Assembly (NCBI RefSeq): GCF_030144855.1
Contig: NC_082727.1
Location: 20,460,001 to 20,524,000, forward strand
DNA length: 64,000 nucleotides
Origin: Hypanus sabinus
Taxonomy: Eukaryota
Reading direction: 5' to 3'
The position numbers and the translations under genes were made by a program. Within the stretch, counting starts at the first letter, position 1; each line of letters starts with the position of its first letter. Below are positions 38,301 through 51,240 of the stretch, piece by piece. Below the pieces are notes generated by a model. It searched no databases, had not been told where the DNA came from, and saw only the letters and a program-made list of their open reading frames with translations.

Positions 38301-40324
38301 ACTGACTGTGGAGGCCAAGTCACTAGGTATATTTAAAGCAGGTTCTTGATTATTCAGAGCATCATAGGTTAAGGTGAGAAGGCAAGAGAATGGAGCTGAG
38401 ACGGAAAATAAATCAGCCATGATGGACTGGCATGGCAAACTCAATACGATGATTGAGCAGATTCTACTCCTGTACCCTATGGTCTAAACAGTGTTTTTGC
38501 AAAGTTGCAATATGCAGTAACAACCTGACTTTTATATTCTCTGCCCTGACTGATGAAGGCAAGCATTGACATATGCATTTTTCGCCACTCTGTCTACCTG
38601 TGCTGCCGCTTCCGTTGAATATGGTCTCCCTATACATCAATGTTCCTTCACACCACGGGTTCACAGCCTTTGTTATGCCACGGACCCCAACCATTAACCA
38701 AAGGGGTCCCCCACTTCGTACTTTACCACTTACTGTATACCCGTACCTGACTTCCCAAAGTAGATCACATCATACTTGCTGGGTTTAAATTCCTTTTGCA
38801 GACCCCATTCGGTTCGGATTAGTGATAACAGCTCCACAATCTGTGTGTTTAGCCCGCTGATCTGCTCACTTTACACTTACCACCTGCGAGGCTAAGCACA
38901 GCTCCAATGCCATATTTAGATTTTCTGATGTCACCACTGTCGTTGGCCGACTCAAAAATGGTGCCGAATCAGCGTATGGGAGGGGGATTGAAAATCTGGC
39001 TGAGTGGTGCCACAACAACAACCTCTCACTCAATGTCAGCAAGACCAAGGAACTGATGATTGACTTTAGGATGAGGAAACCGGAGGTCCGTGAGCCAGTC
39101 CTCATTGGAGGATCAGAGGCAAAGAGAATCAACAAGAGGGGCTAAGCACACAGCCCAGTGGTGCACCTGTGCGGACGGAGATTGCGGAGGAGATGTTGCC
39201 AATCCGAACTGAGTGGGGACTGCAAGTAAGGAAATTGATGACGCAATTGTACAAGGAAGTATCGAGGCCAAAGTCTCGGATCTTATTGCTTAGCGCCCAT
39301 GATAGACTCTAGTCTCTCCAGACCCCCTCAGCCGAGCACCAATTCCAGTGCAATGCCATTGGCCATAGCTTTCCAACCAGAAAAGCATACATCCACCATT
39401 TCCCCTCTGCCTCTTATCACCAGGCCGATTTTGGATTAATTTCTCCCATTTACCTTGGATCCTACGTGCCTTAACTTTCTGGACCAGCCAACCATGTGGG
39501 ACATTGCCAGCTCCCTTTACTGAGATCCATGTTGACATCCTCGATCACTAGTCTTCAAAAGCTCAGTCAAATGGGACAGGATCTGCCTCCCACAAATCCA
39601 TGCTGACTATCCCTGCATTCCAGAATGTTCATTAATCCTGACTTTTAAGATTTTCTCTAATAGTTTTCCCTACCACTGACACATGGCTCCGTTCGCCCTG
39701 TAGTTACCTGGCTTATCCCAGCTGCTTTTCCCAAGTAAGGAACAATAGCCATTCTGCCTCTCTTTACCTGTCTGGGACTGCGTAAACCAGAAGTAGCCTA
39801 CAGTCTTATATGTAGGGTTGGTGAGTGAGAAGGGAAACTCCGTATTAATGAGATGGGGGTGGGGAGGGGGGTGGGGAGAGAATTGAACAGCTCACTGGCG
39901 CCACCATGTGGTGCCGAGGAAATCTACCTCCAAGCAAAATCCCGCACACTGAAAAGGAAACGACGTTATTTATAGAAACGACTTTCTATAAAGTACCAGC
40001 GAGAGAAAACCTTTAGTTCTTTAATGCGTTGAACTTTTCCGTTTGCGTGCGTTTGTATGCGTGAGTCTGTCTATGTGAGTGCCTGTGTGAGAGTATGAGA
40101 TAGCGGTGCTCTGACTGATCTGCTGTACCCGCCTTGGCAGTGTTTGATGCGGGCAGTCCAGAACACCCACAAACTCTCCCATTTAACACACAGCAGACAG
40201 ACCGAGACTACGGCCTTATTAGGTTCCTCCTGAATCCGGTTCAGCCTCCAGCATGCATTTGAGTGTTCATTGCTGGTGGGTTGTGGACGTGGTTACTGCG
40301 ATGGGAGAAGGATTCTGTACTTAC

Positions 40325-40443
40325 TGCCTGAAATTCCCGTTCACCGGCGCAGGAAAAGCCCTCAAACCCGTCTGGTGATCCCACACTCTCTGTGAAATAC
40401 TTCACAGCGCGGAAATGGTTGCAGGACAGAAAATTCTTTGTGC
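40325..40443 (-). CDS. Pancreatic lipase-like gene, coding exon 8 (end of lid, catalytic His)
   Basis: GTKNFLSCNHFRAVKYFTESVGSPDGFEGFSCAGEREFQA; 119 nt; donor GTAAGT. Confidence 0.94.
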
Positions 40444-41128
40444 CTGTGGGGAGCAAAACCAATTCTTCATAGGGATTCAGGTGAGCATTTGATCAGCTTA
40501 CAGGTGCTAACATAGACGGGGAAAGGCCCATACGGTGTCTGTATAACTCAGCGTGTGTGAGGGATCGATGCTCTCTATAACTTACAGAATGTCACAACCC
40601 ATATTGAAGGACGGTATCCATTAATATTGAACGCAAATGGGTGTGTTGGAGGAGAGAGAGTCCTTTGTGAACATCACAATGCACACGAGCTGTTCCTGTA
40701 GAAATCACAGAGTGTGATCCCAAGTGCCAGGCTGCACAGCGCCCCTCACCCCACAGGAGAGCAGTCAAGAGCCAATATTCACTATAAGGCAGGACGTGAC
40801 ATTCTGGAAGGGCTATTTGTTGCATAAACAGTTCTGCTCTCTTCCTCAGGGAATTAGATGGGCACTTGAGGGTGAATCATTTTCATAGCATCTTAGGGAA
40901 TGGGTCTAGACTAGATGGGCTGAATGGCCTGAACCATTCTTGTGAAAGTGTGGCATATTCTGGAACTGGAACTTGCACTGGTAGTAAGAATTCATTGGAG
41001 AGATCCAGTATCCGCGTTCCTCCCCAACACAGCCTGCGTGGGAGCTCAGTGGGACGGTGCCCCTTTAAGGAGCAGCCTGCGGTCCCCACCACAGTGTCTG
41101 AGTGACACCCACACATCCTGTCGTGTAC

Positions 41129-41248
41129 CTTCCCAGATCCCGTCCACATCCAGGATGGTTGAGATGAGATTCTTCGAGCAGCCTGGCATGTTGTCGCCAC
41201 CATTTGGGTAGAAGTCCACGTGACCACAAGGATAGGTCATTCCAAACC
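41129..41248 (-). CDS. Pancreatic lipase-like gene, coding exon 7 (lid)
   Basis: [40 protein letters not shown]; 120 nt. Confidence 0.95.
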
Positions 41249-41687
41249 CTGTGACAGAAGCGGCGAATCAGAAAGGCCAACACCCCTCCCTCACAAATCC
41301 CCCGCAGTGAGAGGCCATTGCCCACTGGCCACTCCACTCCTCTTTGGTATGGATCTCCCTCCTCCTCTCCTACTCTCACTACTCACCTGCCACTGATTTG
41401 AATCTCTGTCTCCCCCTCATTCACTCACTGTTTCAATCATCTTTCCTCATCTCAGACACTCTCGCACTTCCCTGTGCTCTTTCTCTCCCACCCTCCATCA
41501 CGCACTCTCTCTCCCCCTCCCTCTTGACATCTTACCCCTTTATCCCGAGTTGCAACCCCACACACTACCAGTGTTGCCACCCCTGACTCTGCCCCCCCGC
41601 CGTGTTAACGGTCCCTGCCTGAGCCTGTTGCCGACCCAGTGCCCTTGTCCCCCTGAGGTGTGAGGCTGTTTCGACGATGACACCCAC

Positions 41688-41807
41688 CTTTGCTGGGGTT
41701 CTTCAAGGAACCATCCGTGTGAATCACATCAACGAACAGTGCATCAGTGGGATCCAACCTCACCTCGAGAGGGGTGTTCTGGAAGTATGGGGCAACGGGA
41801 TCGAGGC
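41688..41807 (-). CDS. Pancreatic lipase-like gene, coding exon 6 (catalytic Asp)
   Basis: [40 protein letters not shown]; 120 nt. Confidence 0.95.
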
Positions 41808-42316
41808 CTGCAGAGTAATCTTGAATCAGTGTGATGTCCACAGCCTTCTGTTACAATCTAATCCTGGCTGTTACCCAGAGCCATTGCCGTGAACCTCAAA
41901 GTCCGAATTTATATCGAAGAGGGCTATTCAGCCCATTGATACTATGGCAAATCATAGAGCAGCCCCATTCATTTCCCCATACATACATTAGGGGCAATTT
42001 ACAGCAAGGTGATTAATTCCCTTACCCACATGGTGTCTGGTATGTGGGTGGAAAGTGGGGCACTGCAGGAGAGCATGCAGACTCCACACAGACAGCACTG
42101 GGGGTCAGGACTGAATCCATATTGCTGGAACTGTGTGTCTCCACTCACTATGCAGTCTATCCCCATTAATATCAAACAAACCTGCAATCCCCTCTGTAAA
42201 CAGTCCCGGTGAATTCCCCCACCCACCTTCTCCCTCATTTCGCCATCAGCCCTTCCTCCCAGTTTCCCATCCCATCACCAACCATCCAGAATCCAAGCCT
42301 GGGGAGAGAACATTAC

Positions 42317-42425
42317 CTGTAATCCGGGATATCCCTGGCTTCCTGCGTCCTACCTCACCAGCGGCGTGGGCACCCAGTCCATGCCCCACCAGGTATACAT
42401 CTGGCAAGGTGTAATTGTAGTTGCT
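42317..42425 (-). CDS. Pancreatic lipase-like gene, coding exon 5 (nucleophile elbow, Ser replaced by Gly)
   Basis: [36 protein letters not shown]; 109 nt; codon GGA at 42378-42380. Confidence 0.95.
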
Positions 42426-43036
42426 CTGTGGTGCACAAAGACAAAGAGGATGGTGAGCAGACACACCTCTGTTTCAGCACCCTAACTGGGAGCCCAAGCC
42501 CACCCCAATCTCTCTGTGAACTCCTTATGTGGCACGGTAGCATAGTGGTTAACATAACCATTACGCCATATTGCTTTCCAGTGGCTAAAGAGGAATCTAC
42601 AGAGATCCTCTTGTTTGGGGTTCAAATCCCAACATTTTCTGTCTGGAGTTTGTACGTTCTCCCTATGACTACATTTAGTTTCCTCTTGGAGCTCCAGTTT
42701 CCTCCCATCTTCCTAAAGTGTGCAAGTTAAGGTTAGTAAATTGTGGGCTTGCTATGTCGGTGCCGAAAGATTGGGTACTCTTGCGGGCTGTGCTCAGCAC
42801 GTCCTTGGACTCCGCTGGTCGTTGATACAAACTGGTCATTTCACTCTATGAATCAATATGTATGTGATAAATAAAACCGATTTCTAACCTCTGTTCTTCT
42901 GGCCATCATGCTAAACAACAAAGTCGTGCTCTGTGTGGAAAATTGGTGTGGAGGAATAATGGGAGGTGATCTCAGTAGAATAACCAGGAGAGTGAAATGC
43001 AGATTATCCGTCTGATTACATTTCGATAGCGTGTCC

Positions 43037-43338
43037 TCAGATAAGGCATCGGTCTACTGATCTGAAGGTCACTGGTTCGAGCCTTGGCTGAGGCTGTGTG
43101 TTGTGTCCTTGAGCAAGGCACTGAACAACACATTGCTCTGCGACGATACCGGTGCCAAGCTGCATGGGTCCTAGTGCCCTTCCCTTGGACAACATCGGTG
43201 GTGTGGAGAGGGGAAGGCCTGCAGCTTGGGCAACTGCCGGTCTCCCATACAACCCTGCCCAGGCCTGCGCCCTGGAAAACCTTCCAAGGCGCAAATCCAC
43301 GGTCTCACGAGACTAATGGATGCCTATTATTATTATTA
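43037..43338 (+). mobile_element. tRNA-derived SINE (second family)
   Basis: B-box GGTTCGAGCC, gtgtccttgagcaaggcactgaac core and (TAT)n tail. Confidence 0.7.
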
Positions 43339-44631
43339 GTTCCCTGTTTGGATAAGGAGTACTGGTCATTGACCCGCTCCGCGGTTGTCACGTCTAATGA
43401 GATAATTATCCAATGAACAATTAACAATGGTTTATGGCAGATTTTTCCTGCCCTACCACAGTCCACACCCTGTTCTACAGGGAACTTACAAAATAAAATC
43501 AATTCTTAATGTAACCACGAAGAAGGCACACCAGCAGCTGTATTTTGTCAGGTGTTTCAGGAGATTTGGTATGTCACTAAATCCCTTGCAAATTTCGATG
43601 GATGTACGGTGGAGAGCATTTTGATGTTACTTCACAGACTGGAATGGAGACTCCAATGCACAGGGTTACAAGCACATCCAGCTCCATCACAGGTACAAGT
43701 CCTTCTCACCATCGAGGGCACCTTCAAAAGGTGACGCCTCAAGGAGGCAGCTCTATCATGAAGGGCCCTCACCATCCAGGACGTGCCCTCTTCTCATTAC
43801 TACCATCGAGGAGCGGGTACAAAGCAACCACGTTCAACGTTTTAGGAATAGCCTTTCCCCACCGCCATCAGATTTGTGAACTGTCCATGAACCACATTAT
43901 TTTTAGTGCTGTGAACTTTGTTAGTAATTTTATGTCTTTGCATGGTACTGCTGCCACAAAACAACAAGTTTCACATCACTTTAGTCCAGTAATAATGAAT
44001 CCGTTTCTGATTCTGAATCTGAGTATACGCGGCAAGTCAGACAGTGCCCGTGGAGAAAGGGAAAATGAGTTAAGATTACAGAGCAATCACGTGACATGAG
44101 AAATGGGCGTTGTTGACACAAACTGGAGAGGCTGGTTACCTGAAGTTGTTGAAGGGCACAAGCCCTTGGTGAAACCTCACCGTGAGTTCTGTGTGAGGTT
44201 TTGCCTCCTTATCCGAGAAAGGACATTCTCACTGTGGAGGGAGAATAGCGACAGTTCGCCATCTGATTCCTGGGATGGCAGGAACAAGACTGATTCCAGA
44301 ATGGAGCAGGATTGGGTCAACTGGACAAGAGTTTAATAGACTAAATGGGCTAGAACCTGGAGCAACTGGCTAGTTCACCGTCTGGTTCCTGGGATGGTAT
44401 GGCTGACCCATGGAAGGAAATTGGGACAACTGTTTAAGAGTAGTGGACTTACTGGACTAGAAACAGGTGCCATAGCTCAATTAGAACTGAGATGAGGGGA
44501 CATTTCATCAACAGAGGGTGCGGAAGCAGTGAAATTCCCCACCACATTAATCTATGGAGAACAGCTATTTGTTGAAGGGAGAGTCAGATATTGTTTTAAA
44601 AGCTAAAGAGACTATGGGATGTGCACAAATA

Positions 44632-45285
44632 GTCAAGTCAAGTCACTTTTATTGTCATTTCGACCATAACTGCTGGTACAGTACATAGTAAAAATGAGGC
44701 AACGTTTTTTCAGGACCATGGTTTACATGACACAGTACAAAAATTAGACTGAACTACGTGAAAACACAGAAAAAAAACTACACTAGACTACAGACCTACC
44801 CAGGACTGCATAAAGTGCACAAAACAGTGCAGGCATTGCAATCAACAAGACAATAGGGCAGTAAGTTGTCAGTCCAGGCTCTGGGTATTGAGGAGTCTGA
44901 TAGCTTGGGGGAAGAAACTGTTACATAGTCTGGTCGTGAGAGCCCGAATGCTTCGGAACCTTTTCCCAGATGGCGGGAGAGAGAGGAGTTTGTATGAGGG
45001 GTGCATGGGGTCCTTCATAATGCTGTTTGCTTTGCGGATGCAGCGTGTAGTGTAAATGTCCGTAATGGCGGGAAGAGAGACCCCGATTATCTTCTCAGCT
45101 GACCTCACCATCCGCTGCAGGGTCTTGTGATCCGAGACAGTGCAGTTTCCGAACCAGGCAGTGATGCAGCTGCTCAGGATGCTCTCAATACAACCCCTGT
45201 AGAATGTGATGAGGATGGGGGGTGGGAGATGGACTTTCGCAGGAAGTAGAGACGCTGCTGGGCTTTCTTTGCTATGGAGCTGATA
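44632..45285 (-). mobile_element. Rex1/Babar-like LINE 3' fragment
   Basis: VRSAEKIIG..LP...IYTTRC.RKA.SIMKDP.HP....LSLPPSGKRFRS..TTRLCNSFFPQAIRLLN; (TTGAC)n tail on the minus strand. Confidence 0.8.
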
Positions 45286-45359
45286 TCGAAGGACATTTTA
45301 GTCAGGGGCATATTGAATGACGGAGCAGGCTTGAACGGATATCTCCTGCTCCTGGTTTA

Positions 45360-46190
45360 TAAGTTCCCATAAGGTTCCAGTGACTGCATTGCGTCTGATC
45401 AGAAGAAGAGGAGCTGTTTCCAGAGACAGCATTGTGCTTCTTTGCGACAGTGTGGGACCCTGGAGACAGAGAGGTCAGACTGGGAGTGGATGGAGAACTA
45501 AAGTGAGTGGAGATTGGAAGGCGTCCTTCGCTGACGGTTGGAGGTGTTCTGCGGGCTGGCTGTCCAGCCTGTGTTTGGTTTAGCAGCTTAGAGGAGAGCT
45601 CGCTGCGGAAGGAGTGAGAGAAGTGCTGCTTCCCTGGGAGGTGTTCAAGTCCCTGGATGGTGGGCAGAGAATCTCTCATCCATGTGTGGAAAAGGGGGGT
45701 GAGCAGGAGCGGACGCTGTTAGGGATGGAAGAATGGACATGCGCTCTGGAATGCGCAGACGGGAAGTGCGTCCACGGGTAGCTCCAGAAATATGGAGCCT
45801 CAGTTGAACGGGCAAGCTGGGGAAAAGGGAAACCCTGTGATAGCCCTGCGTGGAGCTGATGAGAGCAGAGGTGTGGGATATGAAGACGTGACTCTCGATG
45901 ACGGGAGGGGAGATGATGGTTATGGAACCAGTGGCGTGGGTAATGCTACGATCAGGGGAGAGGGAGCTGGAGGCATTGTGAGAATGGCTGGTTATCTGAG
46001 GGTGTGGACTGGTACAGGACCTTGATAAGACCTCAGCCTGAGTTCAGTGTGGCTTCAGGAGACTGACTGGAGGAAGTGCAGTCACCGTCTGTGGACTCAT
46101 GGTGGAAACTGTTGGCCAAGCATGTGTACAGAAACAGGGAGGTGGAGAAAGGAAAAGTCAGAGATGGACAACAGGAAAGGGAGGGTGCGG
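45360..46190 (-). mobile_element. Highly decayed Penelope-like element fragment
   Basis: Reverse complement resembles the 59265-59760 element (TIQG..F, agcagcacttctc, ctaaaccaaacacagg). Confidence 0.5.
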
Positions 46191-46378
46191 AGCATATGTT
46201 ACAGCACACCCTTGTTCCACCGGGAGATTGTTCCTGTTACAGCTCAGCCCTGCTTAACAGGAAGATAGTTCCTGCTACAGTCCACCTCTTTTCTACAGGG
46301 AGATTGTCACTCTTAGTCTACACTCTGTCCCCTGAAGTATTTGTTGTACAAGGTGATAGGTCCCTCACTGACACTCAC

Positions 46379-46513
46379 CTCCAGTGCATCGAGGAAGAAT
46401 GCAATTTCCGCTCCCACCACGCGGACGTTCTGTGCAGCCTGGCTAAACGCACATTGGGAGCCACCCATCCAGTCCACACCTATGCAGTTGACACCGTCCA
46501 CTTGTAGAATAGT
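46379..46513 (-). CDS. Pancreatic lipase-like gene, coding exon 4
   Basis: TILQVDGVNCIGVDWMGGSQCAFSQAAQNVRVVGAEIAFFLDALE; 135 nt; donor GTGAGT. Confidence 0.95.
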
Positions 46514-47442
46514 CTTGAAAGAGAGAGCAGAGACTGAGATAAGTCAGATCCCCACTGCACGGCAGCACTCACCGCTGTAGGTCAGACGGCACGGAAATCA
46601 GCCACTCGGCCCATCTCTTGCATGCTGTAATCGAGCCTCAAACCCTTTCCCTCCCATCCAGATTCTAACTTCCCCAAGAAGGGTCAGCTCTGGGTGGACA
46701 AATTCCCATATTTTTATCTGATGCCCGAACCCAGGATTGATCCGCTTTTCAGGTATTGTGAAAGTTTACACATTTTTAAAGTTCTCGTACATTGAAGGCC
46801 CAAGAGATTAAGTCCAAAGTTCCATGAGTGCCATGTAGTTCAATAGGACATAAATCTTAAAACAGCACAGCAGGGAAAACAGGCTCTTCGGCCCATCAGT
46901 TGCAGACTAACCATATCCCCCATTCCCTGCCCCTTCACTTCTCTGTCTAAATGCTTCATTAATACTGCTGTCATATCTAGTTCTACCAACCCTCGGTCAA
47001 AGTTCCAGGCACCCGCCACTCCGTTTTAAAAAAAAACTTGCCTCACAAACCCCGTTTTAACTTCCCTTCTCCCACCACAAACCTATGATCTCACCTACTT
47101 AACATTCCCACTCCGGGACAAAGACGCTAATCGACTCTTACCATCGTTGTGTATACTTTACTCCGGTCAGGCTTCAGCCTCGGGCGCTCCAGACAAATCA
47201 TTCTAAATCTGTCCAGCTGGTACCCAGCACCATGGTGAACCTCTTCTGCATCCTCTCCAAAGTCTCCACACCCTTCTGTAAGGAGGCGACTGGAACTGAA
47301 CACACATTCTCCAGACGCAGCCTAACCCGGACGCAACACGGATCGCTATTCTTTGTATCAGTGCTCCGACCGGCAAAGATATATTCCCACTTTCGGGGCT
47401 GCACTCAGGATTTGCTCCCATCGCCTTCGTCTCTCCTGCGAT

Positions 47443-48165
47443 GTTTGGTAATTAAGACACATCGGGGCCAGTGCATTTTGGCCCAATTAAGCACCTGCCC
47501 TAATTAGCCAAAGTTTCATGGAAATAGTTAAAAAAAGACAAACTACCATTAACTGAGTAACAAATTATGTATTTAAATGAAAGACAGAACACTATCAGTA
47601 CAATAATAGTTATCATCAGATGAATGAATCCAGTGTACTCTGCCGTCTTCTTCTGATTAACTGTAAATGAATAAAATCAGCATAGACACCTGGTGCAGAT
47701 AGTGGACTGTCTTCACATAATCCTTTCGAGGATTGCATCCTCCAAATCTTCATTTTCATTGTTACATGTAAGAGGATTATTGATACCTTCAAATTCTTCA
47801 TTGATCCTAACTTGTTGAAATAGTGCGATAGTTTCATTTTCACTCCCAGCTGTTTTTGGCATCTCCAAGCTCGAGTGTTTGAAATCACAGTGAGCAAAGC
47901 TGTTCTCTGAGTTGTCTTACAGCTTGTTTCTCGCCGGCTATCACTTCTTTTTGGACACGAACACGCTTACCTGATGCTACTTAAAAACTGTTCACTCTGA
48001 GCACAAGACTGACTCTGGTTAGAAACCGTTTGCCAATAGTATCCTGTCCCAATTAAGTGACATAGTGCCCCACAGAAACAGAACACTGGCTGTTTTCTAG
48101 ATTATTTTTTGTTCTTTAAGAGTTTGCCCAATTAACATAGCCCAATTAGCTGGAATCCACAGTAC
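47443..48165. mobile_element. Non-autonomous pogo/Tigger-like (Tc1/mariner) DNA transposon remnant
   Basis: Repeated subterminal cccaatta motifs at both ends; right end ...ggaatccacagTA; minus-strand RRQSTLDSFI* resembles a pogo-type transposase C-terminus. Confidence 0.55.
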
Positions 48166-48984
48166 TTTATTTAAATCGCAAAGAACAGATATCCCAGCAT
48201 TGATCCCTGCAGAACACACTGGTCACAGACCTCCAGCCGTAAAAACACCCTTCTACCATTACCACCAGTTTTCTCCGGACAAGTTAATTCCGGATAAAAT
48301 TTACCAGATCCACAACCTACACTGTGGATCCTACATGCCCTGATCACCTCGACCAGACCACCATAAGGGAACATGTTGAACATTTCGCTTAAGTGAACTG
48401 CCCCAGCCCGATCAGTCACCTTCATCACATCCTTAAAATGCTCAAACAAGTCTGTTAGATAGGATCTCTGCCATGCTGACTATCCCTAATAAATCAAGGA
48501 GTTTCCAAATATGAATAAAACCTGGCCTTGAGAATCTTCAATAATTTCTCGATCATTGATATAATGCTGGGATGGAACAGGCGCCCTCCCTTCGTTCATC
48601 TGCCCATCATCCCTCCCCTCACCCTCCATCCACAGTAGTGCAGAGGTTAGAGTGATACTATTGCAGCTCGGGGCATCGGAGTTGGGAGTTCATTCCTGGC
48701 ATTCTCCGTAAGGACTGTCGGTACATCCTCCCTGTGGAATGTGCGGGCTCCTCCGGCCTCCTCCCATACTCCAAGACGTTCCGGGAAGATTGGCTGGACA
48801 CTGTGCATTGTCCTGTGATTACACTGGCGTTAAATCGGGGTTGTGAAAGATTGTAGAAGGGCCTATTCCGCACAAAATCTCCAAATAAATAAATCCCTCC
48901 GGTAAGTTCACTGCTCCCCAAACAGTCTCACCAGTTCTAGAGGAACGGCAATTTTCTTCACAGCACGTCACACACCGACCTGCT

Positions 48985-49830
48985 GCTCACACCTCACTCA
49001 GACCGTCAGCTCACACCTCACACTGACACAGATCACACCTCACACTGACACAGCTCACACCTCACACTGACACAGATCACACCTCACACTCACTCACACA
49101 CACACAAACAAACATATACTAATACAGATCACACCTCACACTGACACAGATCACACCTCATACTAATACAGATCACACCTCACACTGACACAGATCACAC
49201 CTCATACTAATACAGATCACACCTCACACTGACACAGATCACACCTCATACTAATACAGATCACACCTCACACTGACACAGATCACACCTCACACTCACT
49301 CACACACACACAAACATATACTAATACAGATCGCACCTCACACTGACACAGATCACACCTCATACTGACACAGATCACACCTCACACTGACACAGATCAC
49401 ACCTCACACTAATGCAGATCGCACCTCACACTGACACAGATCACACCTCACACTCACTCACACACACACAAACATATACTAATGCAGATCGCACCTCACT
49501 CAGACCGTCAGCTCACACCTCACACTGACACAGATCACACCTCACACTGACACAGATCACACCTCACACTCACTCACACACACACAAACATATGCTAATA
49601 CAGATCACACCTCACACTGACACAGATCACACCTCATACTAATACAGATCATACCTCACACTGACACAGATCACACCTCACACTCACTCACACACACACA
49701 AACATATACTAATACAGATCACACCTCACACTGACACAGATCACACCTCATACTAATACAGATCACACCTCACACTAATGCAGATCGCACCTCACACTGA
49801 CACAGATCACACTTCACACAGACACATAGC
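48985..49830. repeat. Minisatellite, 22-bp unit CACAGATCACACCTCACACTGA, with variant units
   Basis: Roughly 30 units, with interspersed TACAGATCACACCTCATACTAA variants and recurring CACTCA(CA)nAACATATACTAA inserts. Confidence 0.95.
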
Positions 49831-49847
49831 TCGCACACAACTCCCAC

Positions 49848-49973
49848 CTTGCACAGATCCACGATCCATTGGGAATCTCCGTTTTCCAGATGTCCGTGGA
49901 TGATCAGGACACTCTTCTGATCGGTGTTGAAGTTAGAGACAGCGACTGTCTGCGGATGTGTCCCGCTGATTTC
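49848..49973 (-). CDS. Pancreatic lipase-like gene, coding exon 3
   Basis: Manual translation EISGTHPQTVAVSNFNTDQKSVLIIHGHLENGDSQWIVDLCK; 126 nt, phase 0-0. Confidence 0.93.
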
Positions 49974-51240
49974 CTACAGAGACCACACAATTAAAACTCT
50001 GTAAACGAGGCCGTGTATCCCTGGTCCGGTTGCAGAGTGGGACATGGGAAGGAGCAGCCACAAACAGGGAGAGAGGGTGGATACCGAGAGGGAAAGGTGG
50101 GTGAAGGACAGCCCTTCTCCTGAACTCCTAGCTCTGGGGGAGAAAAGAGAGCTTCACTCTCCCCCTACAATCGTGGCTTAACCACAGCTCAAGGCTCTAC
50201 TAAGGAATCTGTAAAACCACACACCACAAGACATAGGAGCAGAATTAGACCATTCGGCCCGTCGTGCCTGCTACTCCAGTCCATCATGGTTGATTTATTA
50301 TGATCCCTCTGAAACCCATTGTTCTGCCATCTCCCCGTGTGCCTTTACCAGTCAAGAACATATCAACCTGAATGTACCCAATGGTTTGGCTTCCACAGCT
50401 GTCTGGAATAGTAAATTCCACTGATTCATCACCCCCTGGCGAAAGACAATTCATCCTCTACTCTGTCCTAAAGGGAGAACAGAGAAGATGGGGTCCTATT
50501 CTGAGGCAGCACACTCCCCCACTACAGGAGCCATCCTCGCCAAGATCACTCTATCTGGCCCTTTCAATACTTTCCTGAATTCCAGCAGATACAGCCCCAA
50601 AGCCATTAAATGCTCCTCGTGCGGCATTGCTTCACACCAGGGCTCCCTGTAGTTACAGGGGCAACGCGGAAACGAAACTGCACAGAACAAGATCCCACAA
50701 AGAACAATAATGCCTAATGATGTGTACCAGCCCAAACTTCCTTTAAACATTGTAATTGTGCCCTCCTCTGTGCTTCACAAGCTTACCCCTCAGATTCCCT
50801 TCTCACCTGAAACTGTGATTTAGACTCCCCTACTCAGGGAAAGATCGTGATCGGCCACGTCAGGCGACATGGCATACGACGAGCGAGCGAACACCGGGAA
50901 AAGGACTGTGACCATCCACCTTATCTACACACTTGACGGGTTTTATCAACTTCTATCGCAGTGCCCCACGGCAGTGTGGCGGGTCGCGCAATGCCTAACA
51001 GGGTCAGCAATCGGGTTTTAATTCCCGTCGCTGTCTTGGAGTCTACATTCGCTCTGTGACTATGTGCATTTCCGCTGGTTGCTCCGGTTTCCTCTCACGT
51101 TCCTAAAGCGTATGGTTAGGGTCAGTGCGTTGGAGGCAGGCGCCACATTTTGCTGTATGTTTCAATATATGTATGTGATAAATAAACTGTAAACTTGATC
51201 TTTAGCTCTTTCTCTCCAGGGAAACCCGCCCCACTGCCAC

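Noticed and set aside
38800-39290. Plus- and minus-orientation Rex1-like fragments side by side (possible inversion on insertion)
   Set aside because: Too decayed to distinguish from two independent insertions.
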